A DNA stretch of 64,000 bases from contig NC_134028.1 in NCBI RefSeq assembly GCF_964204645.1, forward strand, positions 3,410,001 to 3,474,000, read 5' to 3'. Of this stretch, positions 11,690 to 23,000 are shown one piece after another (within the stretch, counting starts at the first letter, position 1; each line of letters begins with the position of its first letter). The translations under genes and the position numbers were made by a program. Below the pieces are notes generated by a model that made no database searches, was not told the DNA's origin, and worked only from the letters and a program-made list of their open reading frames with translations. The stretch comes from Tubulanus polymorphus. Its lineage: Eukaryota > Animalia > Nemertea.

Positions 11690-13746
11690 GTGCCAGTCGT
11701 TCAAAGCGAGATGATCTTAAATGATACACTTGATATCTCAGACTACTCTAGTATCGATGTAAGTAATTAATTTAATCGAATAAATACTCAGTATTTGTGG
11801 CGGATCAAGTATAGGATCAAAATCATAAACGTGAAATGTTTAAATGAAATTGTACCTGTAGTTTTTATGTATACATTAATTATTCTAAAATCACTGACTC
11901 TAGGATTTGGCATAAAGAATTTGTGTGCAAGGACAGGTCGCTAATTTGTATCATGTGTCTCTGCATAACACAAAAAATGTTAAGTTGTGGCTGCGAGTTC
12001 AGAAACGTAAAAGTGCCGTAGAGTTTGAAAACATTTCTGTGAAAAAGGCTAAATCCGACAATCCCACCATGAAGAAGCTTCAAGAACTTTTTCAAAGTGG
12101 ACAAAAGCAGTCTGCTGAAATTGAACAGCTGCTCGAATCATTATATGATAGTATTAGAATTGAAGCTCACACTAAACATGACATTAAATGTCTCATTGAG
12201 AGGTGGCCTCATGTCTTTAAGGAAATAGTTTATTTTGTACGTCTTTGCGAATGCTCTATCAATTTCGACCTAAAGGACTTTTCAACCCATGTTTCCACAA
12301 GGTTGGAGTTGCTGCGTACTTTTCTAGACAAGAAAAAGACCTTTGGCGGAAGAAAAACTACTGACGTGCATTTGCAATGTTTTGAAATGCTAACAACATT
12401 CTTCAAAGAGGACCGCAGTATTATTGAAATGAACCGAGATGATTCGTTTGAGGATGATCTCCCCTCGTCACCAACTATAAACATTTTCTGTAAGTATGCC
12501 GTCATATTTCAGGGCCCAAAATTGGATTTCAGTTCCACAGTTCCGAGTTAAGATTTGACTCCGAGTTAAAACATTGAAAATGAAGTATCCAGGACCCAGT
12601 TCCACAGTTCCGAGTTAGGATTTGACTCCGAGTTAAAACATTGAAAATGAACTAATTTTAACTCGGAGTTAACTATAACTCACAACTGTGGAACCGAGTC
12701 CTGGATAAAAATGCGGGATACTAGCTATTCAAAATATGGCATGGAATTCACAACAAATTTATTTCCTTTTATGACGCGTTGTTGGCATGATATCTGTGCC
12801 ATAGATATACTGTCAAAATTAAACTTGATATCTAACTTCAGACATGTCAAAACACATCTAGTTATATAAGAAGAGCAAAATATCAATAATTGCTACGCTG
12901 TTGAAGATATCTAGATCTGATGTCTTTGTTGTGTGAATAATTTTGTCACATTTTCCATGAGCTTTAATCACAAATTATGAATAGTCTTTCACAGAACAAT
13001 GTTTCAACTGAACATGGACGTATAAACTAGATATAAATTTCTAGTTTATACGTAAATGATCTGAATTACTTTTACTGTTTTAGCCGACTTGGGACTTAAG
13101 TCCCAGTGAGCTATTGTGTTCACATTTCATTTGTCAGTTTGTCTGTCTGTAAACGGAATCCAGTTGAAATCTTTTTGATTAACTGTTAAGCATTTAAAAT
13201 TCCTTCCCAAATGGGCATGGTGTCTCGGACCTCTAGTTACCGCGGTGAGTGCCATTCAGCAAGGAGCTAATGTGGATGATGTAACTTTCTCAAGGACATC
13301 ACAGCACAACCGCGGTTCGAACCCATGACCTTGCATTCCACAAAGCCGTACGCTCTAACTACTGGGCGATGCTGTTCATAAAACCATTTAATTGTATGCA
13401 GCTTAAAAATAATTCGATTTCAAATTGATTTTGACTGACTGGATACTGCTGTATTATCAAATACATTCACAATATTACTTTCTTTTCAGCTGCTGTGAAT
13501 GGTGAGGACCAATATATTATTACTGTGGACAAACTGATCATGTTTAAAGTCACTTCACAGATGGATGCACTGAAACTACTGTTTTGTTCTTATTTTGTCT
13601 TCAACATTAAATACCCAAGTGCAGTAGGCAATACCATGGAATTTTTCCAGCGCTACATAGTGTGTTACAACCCTCCAGGGAGAATTCGACCTAAAGTAGC
13701 GAAACTAGCTGATAGTTTGGCCAAGTATCACTTTAGTCAGCTATAA
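11690..13746 (+). CDS. EnSpm second (accessory, TnpA-analogous) gene; exons approx. 11690..11758, 12003..12489, 13490..13746, possibly spliced from 6594..6626
   Basis: Donor t|gtaagt at 12490 and acceptor tcttttcag|ct at 13490 are both phase 1 and join ORFs 11925 and 13495. C-terminal LFCSYFVFNIKYP..TMEFFQRY resembles, from recall, the second protein of animal EnSpm elements (often annotated SAMD3-like). Exon 11690..11758 has strong splice sites and is open in phase 0; the 12003 acceptor is weak. Confidence 0.72.
12530..12707. mobile_element. Small MITE (12586-12707) with a tandem partial duplicate (12530-12584)
   Basis: TATCCAGGACCCAGTTCCACAGTT / AACTGTGGAACCGAGTCCTGGATA imperfect TIRs; 55-bp direct repeat at 12530-12584 and 12597-12651 with one mismatch. 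Confidence 0.7.
13013..13058. repeat. Short hairpin repeat (CATGGACGTATAAAC family), copy 1
   Basis: CATGGACGTATAAACTAGA...TCTAGTTTATACGTAAATG; related copy at 28487. Confidence 0.65.
13230..13372 (-). mobile_element. tRNA-derived SINE relic in an ORF2 intron
   Basis: Minus strand reads CCCAGTAGTTAGAGCG (A-box-like) ... GGTTCGAACC (B box) followed by GTCCTTGAGAAAG, resembling the conserved segment after the tRNA head in CORE-type SINEs. Confidence 0.6.
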
Positions 13747-14839
13747 ATGCTAACATCCAAGTATTATTTGAACTGAAAGAGAATCTTGTGTATTGAGCAA
13801 TCAAGTGCATTTGTTTTTGTATAATGTTTCAGAAAATATTTTCTTTTTTTAATATATTTGAATTTGGTGAAAACTCTTTTCTAACATTAAATTTATTGGT
13901 ATTCATCGCCACTTTCAGCACAATCATAAAAAATGTCATTTCATTAATAAAACAAATTCTGGTAGTGATGGAGAATGCTATTTAATTAAAAAAAGAAAAA
14001 AAGCATTATTTACTTAAATGTGAATGATTTTGCAATCAGTGCAAAACTAGTTTAAGTTACAAAAAATCCCACAGGAGAACGAACAGTTTTGGAAATTTTA
14101 TCAAGTAATCTTAATCATTTCGGCTAACCTTTTAGCCCACTGGATCAGATCTGGCCCATGATTTTCAATTTGTGTGAAAAAAATTTAATAAAGGGCCACT
14201 GCCACAGAAGCAGGTTTCATGAAAAAAAGCAACTCATCACCAAATATCAAAGATTAGATATTATATTTTGTATTGCTTTAATACAGTAACTCTATAGACG
14301 AGTGTTCGGTAGCGTGTTATACGTGTAGTTGTTGTGAGAGAAATATTTCACTATAGACTGAAATGAGAAATCTTTTAGTCACTTAAACATACTCGAATGT
14401 GAAAACAGGATTTATTTGACATGATTATGTACATGAAGTACATGTTTATACAGAAATTTGTGGTACAGTGTATACCATAATGTTTTTCTTTTAATTAACT
14501 CGGCGCCTAAATCGCACATTCGGGGAATCATATTTTTGTCTGGGTTAGTGGTTTCAGAAAAGGAAATACTGGAGATAATTGTAATTATACATGTTATATG
14601 TATTAATTCTTCATCTTATTATTTTTAAATCTTTGCTTGTAATTTTGTCGCGCATTTTTAAATTCTGTGTAATTCTAAACAGGGTAAAGCCCACTCTCCA
14701 ATTTTAATTTGTATTGAAGTTATATTTTTAACTCGTTGAAATATAAACATAAAGCGTATTTTACTACTGTATTATGTATTATATGTATGCATGGATTCCC
14801 GAATTTCTAAACCCCTTCCCCGCACAAATTTAAGCATTA

Positions 14840-15033
14840 GGCTAACAAAAATTGATACCTCGTTTCTTATTGCTGATATTAAAAGGTGACCAGGCCGGCC
14901 GCCTTTTCGAAATCATGATATCAGGCTAACAATAACAGACCCAGCAGTTGTAGAAATGAACTGATTAAAAATTTGATTGCAGTTTACAAAATGACCCGGC
15001 CGATTAGGAGAAACAAGGTATCATTTTTAAGCC
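14840..15033. mobile_element. PIF/Harbinger-type MITE, copy A (nested in the EnSpm element)
   Basis: tta|GGCTAAC...TTAAGCC|tta: GGC/GCC ends, TTA TSD, imperfect TIRs of about 28 bp; homologous (inverted) to copies at 24361 and 54731. Confidence 0.8.
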
Positions 15034-15571
15034 TTATGATAGGAGAATTGGCATTGGAAATTTGCCCCTTAAAGGAGTCTCAATTCAGGCATCCTGTCGG
15101 GGGTTTCAATTTGTGTCCTTTTTTCTTCTGTTACTGTATCCTGGAGGTTTTTATGTTGGAGGTGCCTTTTACTGTCGATTCGAAGGGTCTGTGGGGTGTG
15201 ATCTCCAGAATGGGTCAAAAGGTCAGCTAAGGAGGACGGTGGCATGTCGGATCAGCCAGGCGATTCTGCCGTTTCTGGACGGTGCTCGATCGTTATTTCA
15301 CGTTGGATGGAGGTCATTTTAATGGTAATCTCGCCGTATTTTAACGGCCCAGTAACGTATTTAAACGCAGCGGCTGCCTCCGGTATACGGGCGCTCATCA
15401 GCTCCTGACGGTAATTCAGACAGGGAAATACGGCGTACAGCCATTTCGGAACGGCGGGTTTGTGTTTTTACATAACGTGAAAAAACGGCATCATTTTTAT
15501 TACCATCAAATGACGGAATCTCTATGTGTCCCAATTGCTGCCGACGGAATTACCGTTTTTAAACGGAATTA

Positions 15572-15583
15572 TTTTTTACAGTG
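15572..15583 (-). repeat. Right TIR of the EnSpm element
   Basis: TTTTTTACAGTG followed by TA. Confidence 0.92.
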
Positions 15584-15884
15584 TATTTGATTTGTTCGGA
15601 CGGTCAGGTGACTCTCGTCGGAATTCTGATTAATTCTCGAGCACGTTCGTCTTCTACGGTCTGATTAGTATAATACCTTCCCGGGAGACACGGGTAAATC
15701 TTGCCGAAACGATTCTGGCGACGACAGCGAAGATTCGCGGTGATCTTTTCCTGATAGCTCGGTCATTCCCGGGACACGGCGGCAAATCATAATAAAATTC
15801 AGCGGCCGCCGCTCGGAATATCGTCCTTGAATGAATAATTTGTGTATATATAGTTATGTGTTTATTGATCGTTCTGGAGCTCTG

Positions 15885-16209
15885 CTTCATCATAAACTTT
15901 GTGGGTAAATGAGCTACGGAAGACTCCACTTGGCCTCGGATCTCGCGGGTCCAGTACATCTTCTCCCCACGGGTACGAGGACCGTCGGAGCCGGGGATGG
16001 GTCGTTAATATCACAAATGAATTGGGAGTAAGAACACATGTCATACATTTTTGTTGGCACGCGATAATCCGAAGCAATCCGCTCTGGAGTCATCCTCCCT
16101 CGGCAGGGATTCGAACCTGATGGCATCGCTACACTCAGCCACGGCACGAACTGTTGCGATCCCGATGCCATCAGGTTCGAATCCCTGCCGGGGAGGATGC
16201 TCTGGAGTC
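15885..16209 (-). mobile_element. tRNA-related SINE-like element with an inverted duplication of its B-box region
   Basis: Minus strand TGGCTGAGTGT...GGTTCGAATCC; 37/38-bp inverted repeat 16091-16128 / 16163-16199; direct repeat GCTCTGGAGTC at 16081 and 16199. The 3' boundary is approximate. Confidence 0.6.
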
Positions 16210-19148
16210 TACGCCAGATATTTTCTGACTTTCAAGTTCAAATCAAGTTCCGTTTATGTCTTCTGACTTCGAATAATACTAAGGCAAACGTGTTCTGCTT
16301 GTATTCATGGCTACTTCGTAACTTAAAGCACATGACAATCAATTCTTACAAGGAAAGCAAAAATAGTTATATCTTATCACATTATGATTTTTCTCCTCCA
16401 TAAATAAGATGTAAGCTAATATTTTCCCGACATAGTAATATCGAAACTCGTTATTATAGTGGTCACTTTTTTATTCTCGCAATCTACGATAGTGCATTCA
16501 TATAGGACACACGAAGCACGCCGAATGAAATCTGCTACCATATTGCTCATAATATCACGAGCGTGCCCGCACATCTAGGAAATATTGGCGCTATTATTAA
16601 TTTCTTCTGCGAGAAAATGGAATTTCATCGCATTTTTAGATCGTAATATTAACACACTGTCCAGTACAGTTCACCGCGGGCGCCTGCTTCGTAAAGGGCA
16701 AAGTTCTCGTTTAATACGATTTCATGAAAATGATGATGGAATATATCAAAACCAGAATGGTTTTTCCTGCAATCCAGAGTATGAATACCGAAAGCCCTCA
16801 CAGCGAGGGAACATCGTCGTAACGATATATAACGAAACATCCGTCATTAAAGCTAGAATTTCGAAAATTTTGATATTAATCTTATACTGGGTAAAAACGA
16901 TAAAACGAATGATTATAGCGAACATATTTTCTGGTTTTAGATATAATATGAGATTAAACTGTATATATTTGCGATACTGTTTTAGGGAAGTGAAATATAT
17001 TTGGCAAGTTATAACAATGTTATATGGAAATTCATTTTGGACGTAAGGGACAAAATCGGCATCCCAATTATTGGGCTGATTACGTCGTTCGAAGGGCATC
17101 AAATATTTAAATTACAGGACGAAAATGTTTGTATTTAGCCAAGAGATATATACCATGTACCTTGTTATCAACAGTAATCTGTAGACTAATGATGTCAACT
17201 AATGTTTGGTTTTCCCGACGTATGCGAAATTATTAAACGCATAAATAATTGCCTAGCGCTGCCGCATTATTAGTGCGGTTTTGAGTTCCACGATCGACGG
17301 GCGTTGCTCTCCAGAAATTAAGCCCTCGTTGGTATACTCGCCGACCCGAACCAAAAGAATGTAACAAAAGCAATCCTCTATACATCGACCTTATAAACCT
17401 GTTAACCAGCTTGGTATTAATGATAAATAACCGCGAATTCATCGAAATCTGGGTACTCGAATTCTAGATCTTTCCCCAGCGCCTATTTTGCTTTTTTTTC
17501 TTTATCTAGGATCAGTTTAATAATGTTTGTATGTATGTTTTGTCGTTTCAGGCTTGGTTGTTCTAGGGATTCATTGAATGTCAACACGTTCGACCCCGAG
17601 GCCAAGATTGAATCATAAACCTCACCTCAACGCGACGTGCCTCCCACGGAATTAATCAAACGGCGCTGAAACGTCATTTCGTCATTATTCTATTGCGTTT
17701 GGGGGCTTTCGTTGCGCGTACGTTGACTTCAAAACTTGACTGGCGGATCTCTTCTGAATCCCGAGTCGTACATAACGCTATATTCCATTCATATTTCGTA
17801 AATATCACCAATTTCGTTCGCGGCCGCAATAATTGCTTCGATAAATTGAATATTACCTTTGTGTCGACTGTCAAAAAACAATTTTCCGACCGAAGCCTCG
17901 CCTGATGGTGATAGATGAGGCGCTGATTTGTTTAAATGCTAAGGGTTCACGTGCGCTTTTCTCTACCTGCTGATTCGTATACGCTCGTTAATAGATTAAC
18001 TGAATACCTGCGTCGTGTGACGGCGACTTGACGGTGAAATTGCACGGATTACTCCCGGTCGTTGTCGCTACTGCTGCTACTGTTGTGTGATCGACGAACC
18101 GCCCACGCAACTACTCTCACCGCCGTCTCGACTATAAAGAATCTACCGCGCTGGAACTGCCGTCATTCCTCGGCAGGTGAAAAATCAAACCGTACCGAAC
18201 CCACACTTCGTTTGATAGTTTCGTCAAATCGATACTGTATTCTAGTCGCCAAAAAGACTCGATTCGGATACGTCTTTTTCGCCGTGGACAAAAGGCAAAA
18301 TAGAAAGAGGATATCGAATTCGTGTCAACTGCCACCGAGGACTAAAGATTCGTTAAGCGTGGATTAGTTCAACGAAGGATATCATATCCAACGGATCAGC
18401 GTTTCCAAAACAACCTTTTTCCGGGCGATAACATATTTTGACAACTGTTTCTTGAACTACGTCATAGTAGATTTTTTCAAAGACAGAAATAGGCGTCAAT
18501 TGCTGTATGTGTGAATGAAAACTGATCTCGTACACGTTAACGCGTTAATACATAATTAACAGTTTACGAATTTTATACGTCATGACTGTCAACCTTTCTA
18601 GGGACAGATCGTCGCGCTGTTTATAGCTCTGACCATCGTCATCAATTGACGCGAGTGAAAGTCTGGTATTTGATCCGAAGTGTTTCACCGCCACTGGTTG
18701 CGTCGCTGTCCGATTAATACGACAACACTGTTGAAATCTGGTTGATTACTTGGCGCCCGCGTTGCGATCATCATTAGTCGCCATTTTGACGGTAACGGTC
18801 TATACAGATTATTGGACGATTAATAAACACCCGCGCGTTATTTACGTAACATCGATACATCACCAGGAAAACTCCACCCGATCGTAACTCAGTTTTGCAT
18901 CTTTACGGAACTAATTGCGGTTTATTTGCTGACATACTTTATTCGGCAATCAACTGTAATTTATCGAATGATGAAATGATGAAATTGCCGTGTCACAATC
19001 TGTATTACATTACATATTTTGTGTGCGGTTCAAATATTCGCTGAACTGACGTCGGTCTCATTCGGTTGTGGGTAAATATATACACTATTTTCGGCGGTTC
19101 GATCGGTCGATTATTTTCGTTATTTTTTCGTTACAAAACTTCATATAA

Positions 19149-20051
19149 ATGCTTTCGATGTCAGTCGTAGTGCCCGAGAAGGTGACGACCCCGCGACGCC
19201 GGCGAGGATCGATCCAGGTGCCGCTACAGTCTGAGAAGTCATCATCAGCGCTCGACGAGAAAGTTTCGTTTCCTCCGCGGCGCGGGTCGATGGTGCGTCC
19301 TGCGACTGTCGACGACGAGCTAAGGTATCGAGTGGTATTTCTCGGAGCGGGTAAAGTCGGAAAGAGCTCGATTCTGATGCGTTTCCTCACCGGTACGTAC
19401 ACCGGTAAATACAAAGAAACAGTCGAGGATCTTTACTGTCGCGAATACGAATATAACGGAAATACTGTGAAAATCGACTACTTGGACACGGCGGGTAATT
19501 TCGCTTTTCCCGCTATGCGTCGGTTGTCGATTTCGACAGCGAACGCGTTCGTTCTCGTCTTCTCGCTTTCCGACGAGCGATCGTTCGCGGAAGTGCAACA
19601 ACTCCGCGAACAGATCAAGGAAGAACGCGAGGATTATCAAGAAGTACCGGTCGTCGTCGTCGGAAACAAAGGCGACATCGATCGAGAACGCGAGGTCGGC
19701 CCGGCTGACGTCACGGACTGGATCGACCAGGAGGGTTTGGAGGATTGCTACGTGGAGGTTTCGGCCAAATTCGATGACGGCGTCGTCGAAACGTTCCAGA
19801 ATTTGTGGGACCAATCAAAGTTCAGCCTGTTACCACCGTGGATACACACACCGCGAAAGCGCCGAACGAGCGCCTTCGCCGTCATCATGAGCCCGATGAA
19901 AGACGGCAAAGACGGCAAATTCATAGACTCGAAAGAGGACAATAAGTTGCTGGCCCGTAGCAAGAGTCTGATGCGTCGTGGAAGCAAATCGAAGGCAAAA
20001 GCGGCCACACAGGGTACCGATACTAATAAACTCGACTGCGTTATTTCTTAA
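19149..20051 (+). CDS. RASD/Rhes (Dexras)-like Ras-family small GTPase, single coding exon, 300 aa
   Basis: G1 GAGKVGKS, effector YKETVEDLY, G3 DTAGNFAFPAMRRLSI (RASD-type, no Q61), G4 NKGD, G5 EVSAK, basic C-tail, CaaX CVIS. Confidence 0.95.
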   Translation: MLSMSVVVPEKVTTPRRRRGSIQVPLQSEKSSSALDEKVSFPPRRGSMVRPATVDDELRYRVVFLGAGKVGKSSILMRFLTGTYTGKYKETVEDLYCREYEYNGNTVKIDYLDTAGNFAFPAMRRLSISTANAFVLVFSLSDERSFAEVQQLREQIKEEREDYQEVPVVVVGNKGDIDREREVGPADVTDWIDQEGLEDCYVEVSAKFDDGVVETFQNLWDQSKFSLLPPWIHTPRKRRTSAFAVIMSPMKDGKDGKFIDSKEDNKLLARSKSLMRRGSKSKAKAATQGTDTNKLDCVIS

Positions 20052-23000
20052 ACGATAATCAGAGCTCGTTCGACTCGATGCTATACTTATAGTTCACTAT
20101 ACATTCATCAGCCGAAATCCGACCGAAAATTGTAAGATAAACTGTTATATTCGGATCGCTGTTGTTGATGATTAGATGAACTGAGATGAAAATCGTTACA
20201 TCTGGCCAATTTCTATTTTTTCATACTGTCTCTACTGAAAACTGATAATCATGTTGATCATAATCGATATTCAAATGATACGCCCGTCTGATATCCTTAT
20301 TTTTCTTTTCACTTTAACGAGTTTTCCTTTATTTTTTTTTCGATTTTCATTTTTCTAAAGATTGATATTATTCTCATATTATACGTTGTGATAAGCTAAT
20401 CGTCAATTGTTTTTCGCCATATGTATAATATTATATACTCTGTATGTTATCTCTAGAGGATTTCGCTATTATCATGGCTGCCAAAAAATGTTTATGTATT
20501 TTGACCTGCTGCTGCTGAACCGGAGAAGACGATATGTGAAATTCAACGATATACTTAGGTGTTATTTCACATGTCGTCGATGCTTTGAGCGAGGAGCGTC
20601 CATCGATGGAAAGCCAATGATAATGGTATATTATCGTTTGAAATACAGCATGTTTATTTTTATCACGGATCAGACACGATGTAACTGAAAATCGATCTGA
20701 TTCTATTTATGTTCATATGCGTTTCAACACTTTCATTCCATTAGATTGTAATTGAAGGTCGATTGACCTCGATTGGAAAATAGCGGCGATTCTATATATG
20801 TCGCTTGACAATATTGGGCGTGGGCGCGTGTTCATTTCCGAAACTCCTATTTCTGATGCGCCCTGTATTCGGAACGTGTGATAATGCTTAATGGCAGAGA
20901 CACATATCGATACATTAGGAAATTGTCCGTCGATAAGTAAGAGAATGGCTTGTTTTATAAACAACTTCGGAGTTCGAAAAGCCGAATTTAGATTTACCGA
21001 TAGTTAGAAAGTTGGCAATCACAAATAGGAATTTGTAGATAAAAAATACGAGCCCTTCAAGTGACTCATATACATGATAATGCGAAAAAAACAACTTTTT
21101 GCTATAATGAATCCCTAAGGCACCTGTTTTACCCGTGACCTTTTACTAGATTAGAGGAAAATGTAGTAATTTCGCCTGTAAGACAAAATCGATGATATAA
21201 AGTCACGGGCAATGTAATAGCCTTAATTAAAAACATAATTCGTTATTAATTCGGTTTTTTCTATACGCTCGTCGTCGAATCAATAATCAGTCGGGTGTCG
21301 GTTTCTGCTCATGGTTGAAATTAATCCACAATTACAAGCGATTTTCATCGGGGTTGAATGATGATTAGATCGTAGATTCTGTACAAAAACTGTGTTCACT
21401 CAAATACATCGTATATATTTCAGTAACGTATTTGTAATTTCTTTATTGTTTTTCCAAGATTTCTTTCATTCACGCTGTGCATATATTATGCATCAGAATT
21501 CATTTCACAAATAAGTTTTCGAATAACGAGGTAATTTTTCCCTTTTTTCTTATATGATAGCGAAAAGTTGTCGTTCGTTAAGATATAAAGTTACAGGCTA
21601 TTGTTATATATTCTATGGGTCTATTTGTCATCGTACAAATGTTGATTATGTGACTTGATACATTAAACTGCATATACTCGACGCTTTCTACGGTCGTTTC
21701 ACGATATCCGAAGGGTAAGTACACATTTATAAGTAAAATATAGTAAATAAAAAACGCAGGATAGACATATATATATCGTTATTTTAACTAAATATGTTAT
21801 CAACTCGTCGACAGTGTAAATAAATCGAATGATCTTGTTGCCAAGTTTTCTATGCTAAAAGTACTACTTTGTGTGATCAGCGATAGAATAATATGTGATT
21901 CTTCTTATAAACAAAGTAAAAAATTGTGTTCAATAAACTTTTTACTATTAACTCATTGACATTGATTTCTTCGTTATTTATTGGATGGTTATAACTGCTG
22001 CGGAACCTGGAACGGAACCGCGTGACTCCTCCGAGAAATCATAAATAAATACGGATCAATGCTATCGTCTGTTTTTACACTTCCGTTTTTATGCGATTAA
22101 TATACGTCCATTTATTCGATTATTCTTATTGTTGCGAGAAGTCGGATTTCACGAAAATCAGAGGAGGAAAACGAGTAAAAAAGAAAGGACATTGAGAACC
22201 AATTTTTGCCGATTTGCATATCTGGCCGAGTAAATTGTCCAAGGCAATCAATACGCATTGTAGTTCGCCCGTGTTAATTTCCAAGTAGGCTACACTAAAT
22301 CCGATTAGATTTTGGGTGGGGATTATAGGGCGTCTCTTAGCTTACTATTCTTTATTTCATTTATCTTCTGGCAGTACATACATCATGGTTTAGTCATGTT
22401 TCTAAAAAAAATATCATGGCTTATGCAGAGAGTTTGGGTTGATTCTAATAATGTGCCATTTTGTCTTTGGTGAGGGTAGTAGTCCAGTTACTAAAAAGAA
22501 CATCATAAAAATGGTTCAATTGATGGTTTAATTGACACTGATCCCTTTAATGTGCCTTTTTTTTAAAGTGCTATTTTTTCTTTGGTGAGGCAGTCAAAAT
22601 TGGACCCTCGGTCGACCTATTTCCCTATATTTCCTTTTTTCAATATTTGATATGAATATTGCGTGCGTGATAAAACTAACCGCAGCCAAGAGTACGTCAT
22701 ATATAATCGGTGAAGTTGTAGGAAGTTGAGGTTAATTTCAGTCAGCTCTGTCAGTTACCACGGTTCACCGCACTTCATAGATGAAAAGAACGTGATTCAA
22801 CTGGAAAAGCCTCGCGAGAAAAGAACTGAATCAATATCGCGAAGTTATCCTCTGCGTACCCAGTGTCGAGTTGTCTTCGGTACATGTCGCGGCGACCGAG
22901 TGCGACTGGGTTACAAAGGACGATTTACTTGCACTTCGATGATTCATTTTCCCAATCTCTGATAACGATCAACTTCGCACGTGCGAAAAAAGCGCATCAA

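Larger units (their letters stand above)
6109..15583 (+). mobile_element. Full-length autonomous EnSpm/CACTA (CMC superfamily) DNA transposon, animal CACTG type
   Basis: Perfect 12-bp TIRs CACTGTAAAAAA (6109-6120) / TTTTTTACAGTG (15572-15583); TA on both flanks (6107-6108, 15584-15585) = 2-bp TSD; many ACGG/CCGT subterminal motifs at both ends; internal CMC-type transposase plus a second gene. Confidence 0.93.

Noticed and set aside
11904-11936. Alternative ORF2 acceptor at 11903
   Set aside because: In phase 0 after the 11758 donor it reads GAT TTG GCA TAA (stop).
12530-12707. CRISPR-like repeat appearance
   Set aside because: Eukaryotic intron, two units, no spacers or cas genes; explained as a MITE duplication.
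14973-16266. Several short overlapping ORFs
   Set aside because: They fall in transposon subterminal and SINE DNA; the repeated peptide MPSGSNPCRG merely reflects the inverted repeat.
16585-17102. 153-aa and 118-aa opposing ORFs
   Set aside because: Non-ATG start for the longer one, no motifs and no splice support.
19085-20008. Minus-strand ORFs overlapping the GTPase
   Set aside because: Antisense shadows of a GC-rich coding sequence.
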